DNA from: Reichenbachiella sp.
GTDB taxonomy: Bacteria; Bacteroidota; Bacteroidia; Cytophagales; Cyclobacteriaceae
Direction of reading: 5' to 3'
Length of the DNA stretch: 64,000 bases
NCBI RefSeq assembly: GCF_965223055.1
Contig: NZ_CBDCVM010000005.1
Location: forward strand, 318,739 to 382,738
Shown here: in pieces, positions 18,581 to 28,467 of the stretch
Position numbering within the stretch: the first letter of the stretch is position 1
Layout: each line of letters starts with the position of its first letter
Position numbers and translations under genes: made by a program
Notes under the pieces: model-generated
Told to the model about the DNA's origin: nothing
Seen by the model: only the letters and a program-made list of their open reading frames with translations
Database searches by the model: none

Positions 18581-20978
18581 TAGATCGATAGTCCATCATT
18601 GTAACTACTGAATTTCCAATTTTTTCAGTTCCATCTTGTTGCCATACGGTTCCATTTGCAATTAGCTTGGTAGTACTAAAAAGGCCCATGCTGGTACCAA
18701 CAAAATACTTGTACGAGCCGTCGTTAAGTGCAATAATTTCTGACCACCTAATACTAGGCCCATTACCTGTTCCATCTGGATTCTCTTCCAAATTTCCACC
18801 TACATCTGTAAAAGTGTCACCTCCATCTTCCGACAAAAACAGACTTGGTATTTTGTAATTAGAAAAACAAACAAGAATGCGTGAGGCATCATCTGGGTCT
18901 ATCGTAATATTAGAAATATAACCTGTATGTGTAAAAATAGCTTCAGATTGAGCTGATGGTGAATTAGCATTTTCACTTTTATATACAGTGCCGATCGGAG
19001 TACCCCCAGCGACATTGTAAGTTCCAAAAAACAAGGTATGAGCAGGCTTAGTGGATATATCCAATGCTGTTATATTTTCACTTCCATCTGAAGCAGCATA
19101 TACGACGCTCCAGTTTGTGGAAGTTGGAACCTGCTTGAAAGGTTTGATTTGAGAAAGATTATCATTTCTCCAAACAGCGCTGTCTCCCGCTAAATACATT
19201 CTATTATAATTATTCGGATCTAAAACAAATGGGGTTATGAATAAGTAATTATCACGGTATACTCCTATTGGGTCAACTTTTGCCCATGTGTCGATACTTC
19301 CATCATCTTCATATGAAATTTTAAATATCCCTGCTTCCTGAAAGGACATATACCAAAATTGATTGCCGGGTGTAGTAGCACAATAGCTTCCATCTCCTCC
19401 TAGTACAGAATTCCAACTTGGATTTTCGCCATTTACGGTTTTAATATAAGTACCATTGTCTTGCATCCCACCTATCATTTCATTTCTTCCCTGGTCCTTG
19501 GAAACAGCTATTGTATAATACTGTGAAGTCACATATCCATTATTTAGAGAAGACCATGAAACAGTTTCAGCTTTATTGTTGAATGTTTTGAATACCCCTC
19601 CATCGTTTGAAGATAACATTTGATTAGTACCAGATAGAAAAATCAATTCATGTTGATCGGGATGATGATTTTCATACGGTTGACTCACTGATTCTGTATC
19701 GTAGCCGCCTATTTGTGCAATGTTTGAAGAAGTGGTAAAACCGTCGGTTGAGCGATAGAGGTTCGTTCCACCAATAAATACTGTATTGGGATCACTAGGG
19801 TGAACTTTTATAGTCATATTGTAGGAACCTTGGCTATCAAAAGCTTCGAGTTCAGAGTCATCATTTGGTATATGGTCGGAGCGGTCAGACCAACTGCCGT
19901 TTTGATACCGCCAAAGCTGAACACTTGTTCCCTCTACCAAAAAGTAAATGATATTATCATTTGAAGGAGCATAAGACATGACTAACCTTTCAGAAAAGGA
20001 ATTAAATCCGGCAGGTGTAATGTTAGACCAGTCCGTACCATTTTCAGAATAAAATATGCCTTTGTTTATACCGCTGAAACCATTGCCGGTAGACGTACTT
20101 AAATAGGCAAACATTTTACCTGTAGGTGTGACCATCACATTGGTGTAAAATGATGCTTCTGAATTATTAAGGTCACCAGAATTGTCTTCAAGAAGATTGG
20201 GTTCTCCAAGTAGCTTTTCCCAGCTAGCACCTCCATCTGAGGAACGCACAATGTTGCCGTAAATGGCAGCATAAACCACATCGTTGGAGAATGCTTCAAC
20301 CGGGTTGATGGCTAGATTCCAAATGTAGTTGAATGGGCTATCGAATGAGGCAGGGTTGTTAGTGGATGTAGAGCTCAGCAGATCCCAGGACTGACCATTG
20401 TCAGTGGATTTAAAAATTCCGTCACCACGGTAAGGAGCACCTGAAGCTCTGGCCGAGTTTCCATCTAACTCTCCTGTTCCATAGTACCATGTATCTCTTT
20501 TTCCTATTCTTGGGTCTTGAACTATAGAGGTAATACTATTTAATGCAGAAGGTTGTGTGGTTCTTGCCCATGAAAGGCCGCTGTTTGTTGATCTCCACAT
20601 TCCTCCAGATACTCCACCAGCTAATAGGATGTTTTCTTCACGCACATCAAAAGCCAATGCTCTTGTTCTGCCCCCAACATTAGATGGGCCAGCAAGCGTC
20701 CAGTTTTGTTGTTTTGTTCTTAAAAAGGTTTGATTAGACCTTAATTTCTTGGCAAAAGCAAATTCTTTGTGATGAATGTCCCGAGGCACCTCACTAGTTT
20801 TGGGGTCCATAAGCATTTGCCTCTCATAGTCGAACCGGGCATTTGGCTTTTCTTTCGTCCCTATGACCGAAGCTTCAGTAGGTAATGGAGGGTGGCTGTT
20901 TTGTGGGGAGTTGGTATTACAACTATATATTAAAATACTGAGCGAAAAACCCAGTAAAACTATCTTCACTTTCATCAA
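18528..20978 (-). CDS. Lipoprotein with BNR/Asp-box (sortilin/VPS10-like) beta-propeller; N-terminal part of a frameshifted T9SS cargo gene
   Basis: Lipobox IYSC, GPSNVGGRTRAL, repeated SxDxGxTW Asp-boxes, HHPDQH, GGMQDNGT; the frame degenerates into CCYTWKWRFRN after the A6 run at 18568-18573. Confidence 0.8.
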   Translation of the reverse strand: MMKVKIVLLGFSLSILIYSCNTNSPQNSHPPLPTEASVIGTKEKPNARFDYERQMLMDPKTSEVPRDIHHKEFAFAKKLRSNQTFLRTKQQNWTLAGPSNVGGRTRALAFDVREENILLAGGVSGGMWRSTNSGLSWARTTQPSALNSITSIVQDPRIGKRDTWYYGTGELDGNSARASGAPYRGDGIFKSTDNGQSWDLLSSTSTNNPASFDSPFNYIWNLAINPVEAFSNDVVYAAIYGNIVRSSDGGASWEKLLGEPNLLEDNSGDLNNSEASFYTNVMVTPTGKMFAYLSTSTGNGFSGINKGIFYSENGTDWSNITPAGFNSFSERLVMSYAPSNDNIIYFLVEGTSVQLWRYQNGSWSDRSDHIPNDDSELEAFDSQGSYNMTIKVHPSDPNTVFIGGTNLYRSTDGFTTSSNIAQIGGYDTESVSQPYENHHPDQHELIFLSGTNQMLSSNDGGVFKTFNNKAETVSWSSLNNGYVTSQYYTIAVSKDQGRNEMIGGMQDNGTYIKTVNGENPSWNSVLGGDGSYCATTPGNQFWYMSFQEAGIFKISYEDDGSIDTWAKVDPIGVYRDNYLFITPFVLDPNNYNRMYLAGDSAVWRNDNLSQIKPFKQVPTSTNWSVVYAASDGSENITALDISTKPAHTLFFGTYNVAGGTPIGTVYKSENANSPSAQSEAIFTHTGYISNITIDPDDASRILVCFSNYKIPSLFLSEDGGDTFTDVGGNLEENPDGTGNGPSIRWSEIIALNDGSYKYFVGTSMGLFSTTKLIANGTVWQQDGTEKIGNSVVTMMDYRSSDGKNGCCYTWKWRFRN

Positions 20979-22021
20979 ATATCTTCTCGCTTTGCATTTT
21001 CAACTTCCATAATCAAATCAGCACCAAAGGCCATGCTGGGGGTTTGAAACCCTATTTCCGACATCTGTTCACTCAATTTCTCTACAATCAAAAGAGAAGT
21101 GATTGCTGTGAGTTTGTAGCCTTCTGGTGTTGTAAGTTTTGCAGAACGAGTTTCACCCGCAGCATTTTTCACCTCTCCCCACAAATAGCAATGACTCTCT
21201 TCTCTCATTTGTTCGCTAGGTCCTGTCACAGATTTTTTGATTTTATTCTGAAGGAAGCTTTGCACAAATCCAAGTTTGAAAAACCACCGCCATTTTTGAA
21301 CAAACTTCATTTTTTTTATCTGACCTGGGTGCATGGCTGTATACACCACAATGTTAGGAATTTTTGTACTTCTAAAAGCTGTGGACACATCACCCCATGG
21401 AATTGAAACGAAAGATTTTTCTTTTCCATCTAAATTCAAATTTCGGCTAGTATATGCATGAGGCACTGGGACTATCTTTCCCTCTTTTCGAATGGCTCCT
21501 CCTTTTCCGATGCCTTGTGTCATGGTGAGTGCCGTTCCACGGGAAGTGGAAGATTCGCTCATAAAGGCTAACTCGAGATGGGTAGCATCTGGAAGTTTCG
21601 ATTTCAGATAACTAGCCAAACAATCACTGGGTACTACATCGAACCCTACACCAGGCATAATTAATATGCCTGCATCTTTGGCTTTATGATCGAAAGATGC
21701 ACCTAATTCAAATACTTCAATCTCACCTGTAATATCTAAATAGTGCGTTTTGGTTGCCAGACACGCCTGCATCATGGTTTTAGCTGTAGAAGAAAATGGA
21801 CCAGCGCAGTGCAATACAAGCTCTACTTCATTAAGTGCATCACGCAGCTTGTCAGATTCGGATAAATCAAATGAACGATAGTCAAACCCTAACTCTTCGG
21901 CGAGAGATTTTGTTTTATTTTCATCTCGTCCTGCCAGTATAGGACTAAATCCTTTTTCCTTAGCCAGATTAGAAATAAGTTTTCCAGTATATCCGTATGC
22001 ACCGTAGATGAGAAATTTCAT
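20975..22021 (-). CDS. Saccharopine dehydrogenase-like NADP-binding oxidoreductase (trans-acting enoyl reductase family)
   Basis: LIYGAYGYTGKL, LHCAGPF, HYLDITGE, GVGFDVVPSDCL. Confidence 0.88.
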   Translation of the reverse strand: MKFLIYGAYGYTGKLISNLAKEKGFSPILAGRDENKTKSLAEELGFDYRSFDLSESDKLRDALNEVELVLHCAGPFSSTAKTMMQACLATKTHYLDITGEIEVFELGASFDHKAKDAGILIMPGVGFDVVPSDCLASYLKSKLPDATHLELAFMSESSTSRGTALTMTQGIGKGGAIRKEGKIVPVPHAYTSRNLNLDGKEKSFVSIPWGDVSTAFRSTKIPNIVVYTAMHPGQIKKMKFVQKWRWFFKLGFVQSFLQNKIKKSVTGPSEQMREESHCYLWGEVKNAAGETRSAKLTTPEGYKLTAITSLLIVEKLSEQMSEIGFQTPSMAFGADLIMEVENAKREDI

Positions 22022-22146
22022 GTTGTTTTATTTTTAAGAATGGAAATTAAGCAAATCCTTTCAATCCTTTCACTCTTATCTATAACAATAATGTAAGCTA
22101 AGTTCACCAAGTTTTTTTTTATGTTAAGTGACTTGTTGTATTTTTA

Positions 22147-23115
22147 TTGCCACAAAACAGACTTACAATTCCTATGTCGATGAACAGCCGCAATTTTATC
22201 TGGTATGCGCTTCCCATGATGATCTTCTTGGGCCTCATGTGGCTATACGAACCTTGGTTTTATCAAAGATATATTGCCAGTGAAAGGCTGGAGAAAATCA
22301 AAAAACGTGATTTTAAAATTGTAGGTCATAAAGGAGCTGCAGGTTACGCACCTGAAAACACCTTATCATCATTTCAAATTGCCATGGACATGGGAGCCGA
22401 TATGATTGAAGTCGATGTGCATTATACAAAAGATGGAGAGGTAGTTGTTTTTCATGATGAAGAAGTATCCAGGACTACCAACGGCGCAGGTCGAATTCAT
22501 GAAATGACATTGGCTGAGGTTAAAGAATTGGATGCCGGTTATTGGTTTTCCCCAAAATTTGAAGGAGAAAAAGTACCTACACTTGGAGAAACTATCGATT
22601 TGATACATGGCAAAATGGAATTGATTATTGATATCAAGTCAAAAGGGCATGGTTATTACGATGGTTTTGCTGAACGCATTGTAGAAGTTATAGATGAAAG
22701 AGGAGCTATGGAATGGTGTATCATTCAGGCTTATGACGAGCAGTATCTTGAACATGCTTATGAAGCGGATTCTACTATTGAAATGAAAAAAATCATGATG
22801 GGTGAAGATGAAACCCATTTATTAGCTTTTTACATTAATGCCAAGAGTTTCACTGATCATAGAAACATGCACGAGTTTTATGGTACCTTGAACCCTCATT
22901 ATAAAACTTTGTCTCAAAGACGAATTTTCCGATTCCACGCCAGAGGCTACAAAGTGTACACTTATGTAGTTAATGAAAGGTCAGACATGCTTAAAATGTT
23001 AAACATGGGAGTCGATGGAATTATTACTGATTACCCTGACCGTATGGTGAAAATAAGGGAGGAACTGGAGCAACTTGACAGAAGGCGAGCTGCGGGAGAC
23101 GAAGAAACACCTTGA
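22147..23115 (+). CDS. Membrane-anchored glycerophosphodiester phosphodiesterase
   Basis: GHKGAAGYAPENTL, GADMIEVDV, GVDGIITDYPD; N-terminal TM helix. Confidence 0.9.
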   Translation: MPQNRLTIPMSMNSRNFIWYALPMMIFLGLMWLYEPWFYQRYIASERLEKIKKRDFKIVGHKGAAGYAPENTLSSFQIAMDMGADMIEVDVHYTKDGEVVVFHDEEVSRTTNGAGRIHEMTLAEVKELDAGYWFSPKFEGEKVPTLGETIDLIHGKMELIIDIKSKGHGYYDGFAERIVEVIDERGAMEWCIIQAYDEQYLEHAYEADSTIEMKKIMMGEDETHLLAFYINAKSFTDHRNMHEFYGTLNPHYKTLSQRRIFRFHARGYKVYTYVVNERSDMLKMLNMGVDGIITDYPDRMVKIREELEQLDRRRAAGDEETP

Positions 23116-23615
23116 TAAACCAATACAAAAACGGAGAAGAGTATTACAATAAGATCTATCTCCTATTCAATTTTTTTATAGCCATTTCATTAGTTCCATT
23201 CGGGTATTTGCTTTTGCTTAAGCAATCGGGTGATCTTGTAGCCCAAGTATATGGAGATTGGTATTATCCGATGGTATTTTCCTTATTATTTGCTACGGCA
23301 GCTATTATTTTTCAAGCTAAGAAGACATTTGGGTTTTATTTAAGCAATGGAAAAAAAGGAGGCTCATTGAGAGAAAAACTAGATGGATATAAATCAAATT
23401 CAGTTAAGAAATATATAGCTTTCCTTTTAGCGAGTTTGATCTGTGTTTGCGGTTTCTATCTAGCCGCCAGTGGCGTTTTTATAGTTAGTTATATTGTGTC
23501 GATCATTTTACTATCAATCAAACGACCGACACTTAATTCCATTATAGAGGATTTGAAACTATCAGAAGAAGAACAAAAAATCCTCATTGAAAAAGAGGAC
23601 ATTCCTTTCCATTAA
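23112..23615 (+). CDS. Hypothetical membrane protein (about 4 TM helices)
   Basis: 167 aa hydrophobic; 4-nt overlap with the GDPD stop. Confidence 0.6.
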   Translation: MINQYKNGEEYYNKIYLLFNFFIAISLVPFGYLLLLKQSGDLVAQVYGDWYYPMVFSLLFATAAIIFQAKKTFGFYLSNGKKGGSLREKLDGYKSNSVKKYIAFLLASLICVCGFYLAASGVFIVSYIVSIILLSIKRPTLNSIIEDLKLSEEEQKILIEKEDIPFH

Positions 23616-25192
23616 GCCTCTAATCCAACCGATTCGGTCATTACGTAATATCTCGGGTCATCAATATCCGAAATGATTATATCTTCAAACTTAGGGTTTG
23701 CCTTGATCAATACTCTTTTGCAATCAGGGCTCAGGTGTTTCAACATCACATTTTTGCCGAGAGCTTCATATTTGTTGACCACAATTCTTACCGCTTCAAC
23801 ACCCGAATGATCAGATACTTTTGAATCAATGAAATCAATTTCAATTTGTTCTGGATCCTCTACTGGTGTGAATTTGCTATTGAAAGCCTGTATAGAACCA
23901 AAAAACAATGGTCCCCATATTTCATAAACTTTTGTACCATCCTCTCGCAAGCTTTTTCTTGCCCTAATTTTCGTTGCATTTTCCCAGGCAAAAACCAATG
24001 AAGAAACGATTACTCCACAAATCACAGCAATTGCTAAATCAAACATCACTGTTACGGCAGAAACAAGTATAAGAACAAAAGCATCTGCCTTTGGAATTTT
24101 GTTGATAATCCTAAAGCTTGACCAAGCGAAAGTGCCTATAACTACCATAAACATTACTCCGACTAATGCAGCAATCGGAACTTGTTCGATATACGGGGAA
24201 AGGAATAAAATAAAAGATAATAACATCAAGGCAGCTACAATGCCGGACAATCTACCGCGTCCTCCGGACTCTACGTTGATCATAGACTGACCAATCATGG
24301 CACATCCACCCATTCCACCGAAAAACCCATTGATGATATTGGCTGTACCCTGAGCTACACACTCTTTGTTGCCACTTCCCCTGGTATCTGTGATCTCGTC
24401 AATGAGAGTTAAGGTCATTAGCGATTCAATTAAACCAATGGCTGCAAGAATTAATGCATAAGGAAAAATAAAGTATAAAGTCTCCAAGGTCAGAGGAATT
24501 TGTGGAATCATGAATGACGGCAATCCGCTTTCTATGCCAGACCCACCATTGGATTGAACAAATGAAAGTACAGTTTGTGTATCTATTCCTCCGAAGATGA
24601 CTACAAGTGAAACCGTTAGAATGGCTGCCAATCCAGCAGGAACTTTGCTGGTGATTTTAGGCAAACCAAACATGATAGCCATGGTCAGTAGGACTAGTCC
24701 TAACATGACCCAAAGATCAGCACCAGCCAACCATTGTCCTTCTACTTTGAACATGCCCAACTGTGAAAGAAAAATTACGATGGCCAATCCATTGACAAAC
24801 CCAAGCATTACAGGGTGTGGAATCAAACGGACAAACTTTCCCAATTTGAATACTCCAGCGGCCATCTGCAATAGACCCATAATTATCAAGGTAGCAAACA
24901 AGTATTGCACTCCAGCTCCTTCTACGCCTGGCATCAATGCATTTCCTTCCTTTACCAAGGAAACCATTACGACGGCCAATGCTCCAGTAGCTCCAGATAT
25001 CATTCCTGGACGGCCTCCGATGACGGCAGTAACTAAGCCAACCATGAAGGCACCATATAAACCAATGATAGGATCAATGCCTGCTACGAAAGCAAAGGCA
25101 ACAGCTTCTGGCACTAAGGCAAGAGCAACTGTGATTCCTGAAAGAATATCATTTTTGGCGTTTTGGGTTTTATTCTTGATCAGCTCAAACAT
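23612..25192 (-). CDS. SulP (SLC26) family anion transporter with STAS domain
   Basis: DILSGITVALALVPEAVAFA, GRPGMISGATGA, GGMGGCAMIGQS, C-terminal STAS (GPLFFGS). Confidence 0.93.
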   Translation of the reverse strand: MFELIKNKTQNAKNDILSGITVALALVPEAVAFAFVAGIDPIIGLYGAFMVGLVTAVIGGRPGMISGATGALAVVMVSLVKEGNALMPGVEGAGVQYLFATLIIMGLLQMAAGVFKLGKFVRLIPHPVMLGFVNGLAIVIFLSQLGMFKVEGQWLAGADLWVMLGLVLLTMAIMFGLPKITSKVPAGLAAILTVSLVVIFGGIDTQTVLSFVQSNGGSGIESGLPSFMIPQIPLTLETLYFIFPYALILAAIGLIESLMTLTLIDEITDTRGSGNKECVAQGTANIINGFFGGMGGCAMIGQSMINVESGGRGRLSGIVAALMLLSFILFLSPYIEQVPIAALVGVMFMVVIGTFAWSSFRIINKIPKADAFVLILVSAVTVMFDLAIAVICGVIVSSLVFAWENATKIRARKSLREDGTKVYEIWGPLFFGSIQAFNSKFTPVEDPEQIEIDFIDSKVSDHSGVEAVRIVVNKYEALGKNVMLKHLSPDCKRVLIKANPKFEDIIISDIDDPRYYVMTESVGLEA

Positions 25193-25349
25193 AAATTTTT
25201 CTCTTTTCTAAAATGGGGTGCAAAGGTAGATGACTATTTCATAAGCTCATAGTCTATGTTTAAATTAAAGGGACACTTGTACCCAAAGTAATGGTACAGC
25301 ATTTGAAAGGGATGCAAAACTTGAAATCAGCTCATATGAACTAAATGTA

Positions 25350-26459
25350 ATGTCCAAATTCAATATTCCTCCCATATCAACACTATCCGGAAGTACGTTT
25401 TGGAATTATGTGAAAGCCATAAAGTCTGGTCGAGTAGAATGGACCTACTATCATAAAGTGCTGCTGACTGGGTTGGTATGTGGTTTGGCATCTCCTTTTC
25501 ATTTTTGGGAAAAAATTAGAACGCCGAGATATTCAAAACTGAATAATAGCCCGCTTTTTATCCTGGGACATTGGAGGAGTGGAACTACTTTTCTGCACAA
25601 CCTGCTATGTCATGACCCTAATGCTGCATTTGTTTCTACCTATCAATCTCTTTTCCCGAACAATATGCATAGCCAGTTCATTTTCAAGAATTTTATGAAA
25701 ATGAATATGCCTGACAAAAGACCGAGTGATAATGTGCAGTTGGGGATTGACCTGCCGCAGGAAGATGAATTTGCTTTGGGCAATATGCAGCGACTGTCTT
25801 TTTATGATGTTTTCTATTTTCCTGATGGGTTTGAAGAGCTTTTCAACCAAACGATAGCCTTTGAGGGAGTAAGTCAAAAGGTTACCGATCAATGGAAGTC
25901 CGCATATAAAGAACTTATCAATAAAGCTTTGAAACATAGCCCTGGTACACATCCGATATTGAAAAATCCTGTAAACACTGGTCGAGTAGATAAACTATTG
26001 GAACTGTATCCGAACGCAAAATTTCTACACATCTATCGCAATCCTGTGGTGGTGTATCTCTCCATAAAGAAATTCTTCTTGTCACTTTTTCCGACACTAC
26101 AGTTTCAGCGTACTACTGAAAAGCAGCTGGGAGACTTAATCATGAAATTATATGCTCGCCTGATGAAGCGATACCTTGATCAACGCCAGTTGATTCCAGG
26201 TGAGCAATTGTTTGAACTTCGCTTTGAAAACTTTGAAGAAGACCCAATGCGTTATGTAGAGGAAGTTTATAAGTCATTAAACTTTTCTAACTGGGATAAT
26301 GCAAAGTCTAATATTCAAAAATATATCGTGAGCCAAAGTGGATATCAAAAGAATAGCTACCGAATTTCGAAACCTGAATTGGACAGCGTAGTCAAAGAAT
26401 GGGACTTTGCTTTCAAGGCTTTTGACTATGATCTTCCAGAAAATATTGAAATCATTTAG
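25350..26459 (+). CDS. Sulfotransferase family protein
   Basis: LFILGHWRSGTTFLHNLL (5'-PSB loop), ILKNP, FLHIYRNP (3'-PB), LRFENF. Confidence 0.88.
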   Translation: MSKFNIPPISTLSGSTFWNYVKAIKSGRVEWTYYHKVLLTGLVCGLASPFHFWEKIRTPRYSKLNNSPLFILGHWRSGTTFLHNLLCHDPNAAFVSTYQSLFPNNMHSQFIFKNFMKMNMPDKRPSDNVQLGIDLPQEDEFALGNMQRLSFYDVFYFPDGFEELFNQTIAFEGVSQKVTDQWKSAYKELINKALKHSPGTHPILKNPVNTGRVDKLLELYPNAKFLHIYRNPVVVYLSIKKFFLSLFPTLQFQRTTEKQLGDLIMKLYARLMKRYLDQRQLIPGEQLFELRFENFEEDPMRYVEEVYKSLNFSNWDNAKSNIQKYIVSQSGYQKNSYRISKPELDSVVKEWDFAFKAFDYDLPENIEII

Positions 26460-26466
26460 CAATACT

Positions 26467-26482
26467 TACTTACTAGTAAGTA
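26467..26482. promoter_or_regulatory. Perfect 16-bp palindrome, candidate TetR operator overlapping the -7 element
   Basis: TACTTACTAGTAAGTA overlaps TATATTTG (26481-26488), just upstream of the tetR GTG. Confidence 0.7.
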
Positions 26483-26492
26483 TATTTGCTTT

Positions 26493-27053
26493 GTGTCGAA
26501 TACGAGACAGCAAATATTGAATCTGGCAGAAGAGCTCATCAGAACACGTGGTTATCATGCTTTTAGTTATAAGGACATCAGTCAAAAGCTAAACATGAAA
26601 AATGCTGCGGTGCATTACCATTTTCCTTCCAAAGAAGCCTTGGGTGTGGCTATTATTCAGGAGAGCATAGATCTGTTCAAAAGCAAAGAAGAGTCGTGGG
26701 ACCAAATGTCATGCTCAGATCAGCTTCAGGACTTCATCAGTATTTACCAAAAAAGTAAGGATCGCAAATGGTCGTGTTTGATGGGCGCATTGAGCGCTTC
26801 AGTAGAGGCATTGCCTGATGGCATGCAAGACAAGCTCCATGAGATGGGGAAATACATTCTTGATCGCTTGACCATCACTTTGAAAGAAGGACATCAAAAA
26901 GGAGAGTTCAACTTCTCTGAAGAGCCAAGAGCAAAAGCAGAACTGATCATATCTTCGTTGCTTTCTTCGCTTTTACTCGACAGAGTAATAAAAGAAAATG
27001 TATTCGACTCCATAAAAAATTCAATTATTCAATCTGTAATATCAAATAACTAA
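26493..27053 (+). CDS. TetR/AcrR family regulator
   Basis: TRQQILNLAEELIRTRGYHAFSYKDISQKLNMKNAAVHYHFPSKEAL HTH. Confidence 0.92.
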   Translation: MSNTRQQILNLAEELIRTRGYHAFSYKDISQKLNMKNAAVHYHFPSKEALGVAIIQESIDLFKSKEESWDQMSCSDQLQDFISIYQKSKDRKWSCLMGALSASVEALPDGMQDKLHEMGKYILDRLTITLKEGHQKGEFNFSEEPRAKAELIISSLLSSLLLDRVIKENVFDSIKNSIIQSVISNN

Positions 27054-27061
27054 ATCATACA

Positions 27062-28309
27062 ATGGCTGAAAGAAGAGTAGTAGTCACAGGCATGGGAGCA
27101 ATCACCCCACTGGGCAACGATGTACAATCCTTTTGGGACAATGCAATAAAAGGAGTAAGTGGCGCAGGCCCAATTACTCATTTCAATGCAGAAAAATTTA
27201 AGACACACTTCGCATGCGAGGTCAAAGACTTTGATCCAAAGCGCTATTTGGACAGAAACGAAATCAAACGAACTGATTTATACAGTCAATATGGCTTGTA
27301 TGCAGCAGCACAAGCGATAGAAGACTCCGGCTTCGAGCTGGACAAAATGGATCCTTTTGATGTGGGTGTAATCTGGGGAACGGGTCAAGGAGGATTAGAA
27401 ACATTGGAGCAAGAAGTACAATACTTCATGCAAAAGGATAAGGAGCCAAAGTTCAACCCATTCCTAGTTCCTAAAATGTTGACCAATATGTGTGGTGGAA
27501 TGATCGCATTGAAATATGGTTTTATGGGCATTGGCTTTACGACGATTTCCGCCTGTGCGACAACAAACACGGCCATCATGGATGCCTTCAACTACATCAA
27601 ATTGGGCAAGGCCAAAATATTTGTGACAGGTGGATCCGAAGCTCCAATCACAGAGGCAAGTATTGGTGGTTTCGGATCGATGAAAGCCTTGTCTACAAGA
27701 AATGACGATCCGGCTGGAGCCTCTCGTCCATATGATGTAGATCGTGACGGTTTTGTCATGGGAGAAGGCGGAGGTGCTTTAATTCTGGAAGATTACGATC
27801 ACGCCAAAGCAAGAGGTGCAAAAATCTACGCGGAGATAGTCGGTTCGGCGATGACGAATGATGCTTACCACATGACGGCCACACATCCCGAAGGACTTGG
27901 TGCACTTCGCGCCATGCAATGGGCACTGAAAGAAGCGAATCTGACGCCCACTGATCTGGATTATATCAACACCCACTCTACTTCGACGCCTGTAGGTGAT
28001 TTGAGTGAGCCGGCGGCTATTGCCAAATTGATGGAAGGTTTTGAAAATAAATCGGTGATCAGTGGCACCAAATCTATGACGGGTCACATGCTAGGTGCTG
28101 CTGGCGTGGCTGAGGCGATTCTCTCTATTCAATCGATCAACCACAATGTCGTGCCGCCTACCATCAATACCGAAACGATTGATCCGGAGATTGTTGGTGA
28201 TCATGACATCGTGACCAGAGAAGCGAGAGAAAAAGAAGTGAATGTGGCGATGAGCAACACCTTCGGATTTGGTGGACACAATGCTATTTCGATTTTTAAG
28301 GCAGTTTAA
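27062..28309 (+). CDS. fabF: Beta-ketoacyl-ACP synthase II (paralogue without adjacent acpP)
   Basis: RRVVVTGMG, ISACATT (catalytic Cys), DAYHMT, INTHSTST, KSMTGHMLGAAG, SNTFGFGGHN. Confidence 0.93.
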   Translation: MAERRVVVTGMGAITPLGNDVQSFWDNAIKGVSGAGPITHFNAEKFKTHFACEVKDFDPKRYLDRNEIKRTDLYSQYGLYAAAQAIEDSGFELDKMDPFDVGVIWGTGQGGLETLEQEVQYFMQKDKEPKFNPFLVPKMLTNMCGGMIALKYGFMGIGFTTISACATTNTAIMDAFNYIKLGKAKIFVTGGSEAPITEASIGGFGSMKALSTRNDDPAGASRPYDVDRDGFVMGEGGGALILEDYDHAKARGAKIYAEIVGSAMTNDAYHMTATHPEGLGALRAMQWALKEANLTPTDLDYINTHSTSTPVGDLSEPAAIAKLMEGFENKSVISGTKSMTGHMLGAAGVAEAILSIQSINHNVVPPTINTETIDPEIVGDHDIVTREAREKEVNVAMSNTFGFGGHNAISIFKAV

Positions 28310-28348
28310 CTTATCCATGTCCTTATCAAATGCCAGCACATAAATATC

Positions 28349-28433
28349 TGTCACATTGAGCCACGTCGAAATGTCCGCCTGCTACTGGCAGCAAGGCTTC
28401 GAGAGCCCGGGCGGCGAACCGCTCAGCCTGACA
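28349..28433. repeat. REP-like inverted doublet, family A, copy 1
   Basis: TGTCACATTGAGC...TCGAAATG...GGCTTCGA...GCTCAGCCTGACA; its reverse complement aligns over nearly the full length with 45350-45433. Confidence 0.8.
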
Positions 28434-28467
28434 GGTTATTCGGCATTTGATAAGGACAAAGAAATAA

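Noticed and set aside
24597-25211. 204-aa + strand ORF
   Set aside because: Antisense shadow of the SulP gene; its T/P/M/N-rich composition is typical of reverse frames of hydrophobic genes.
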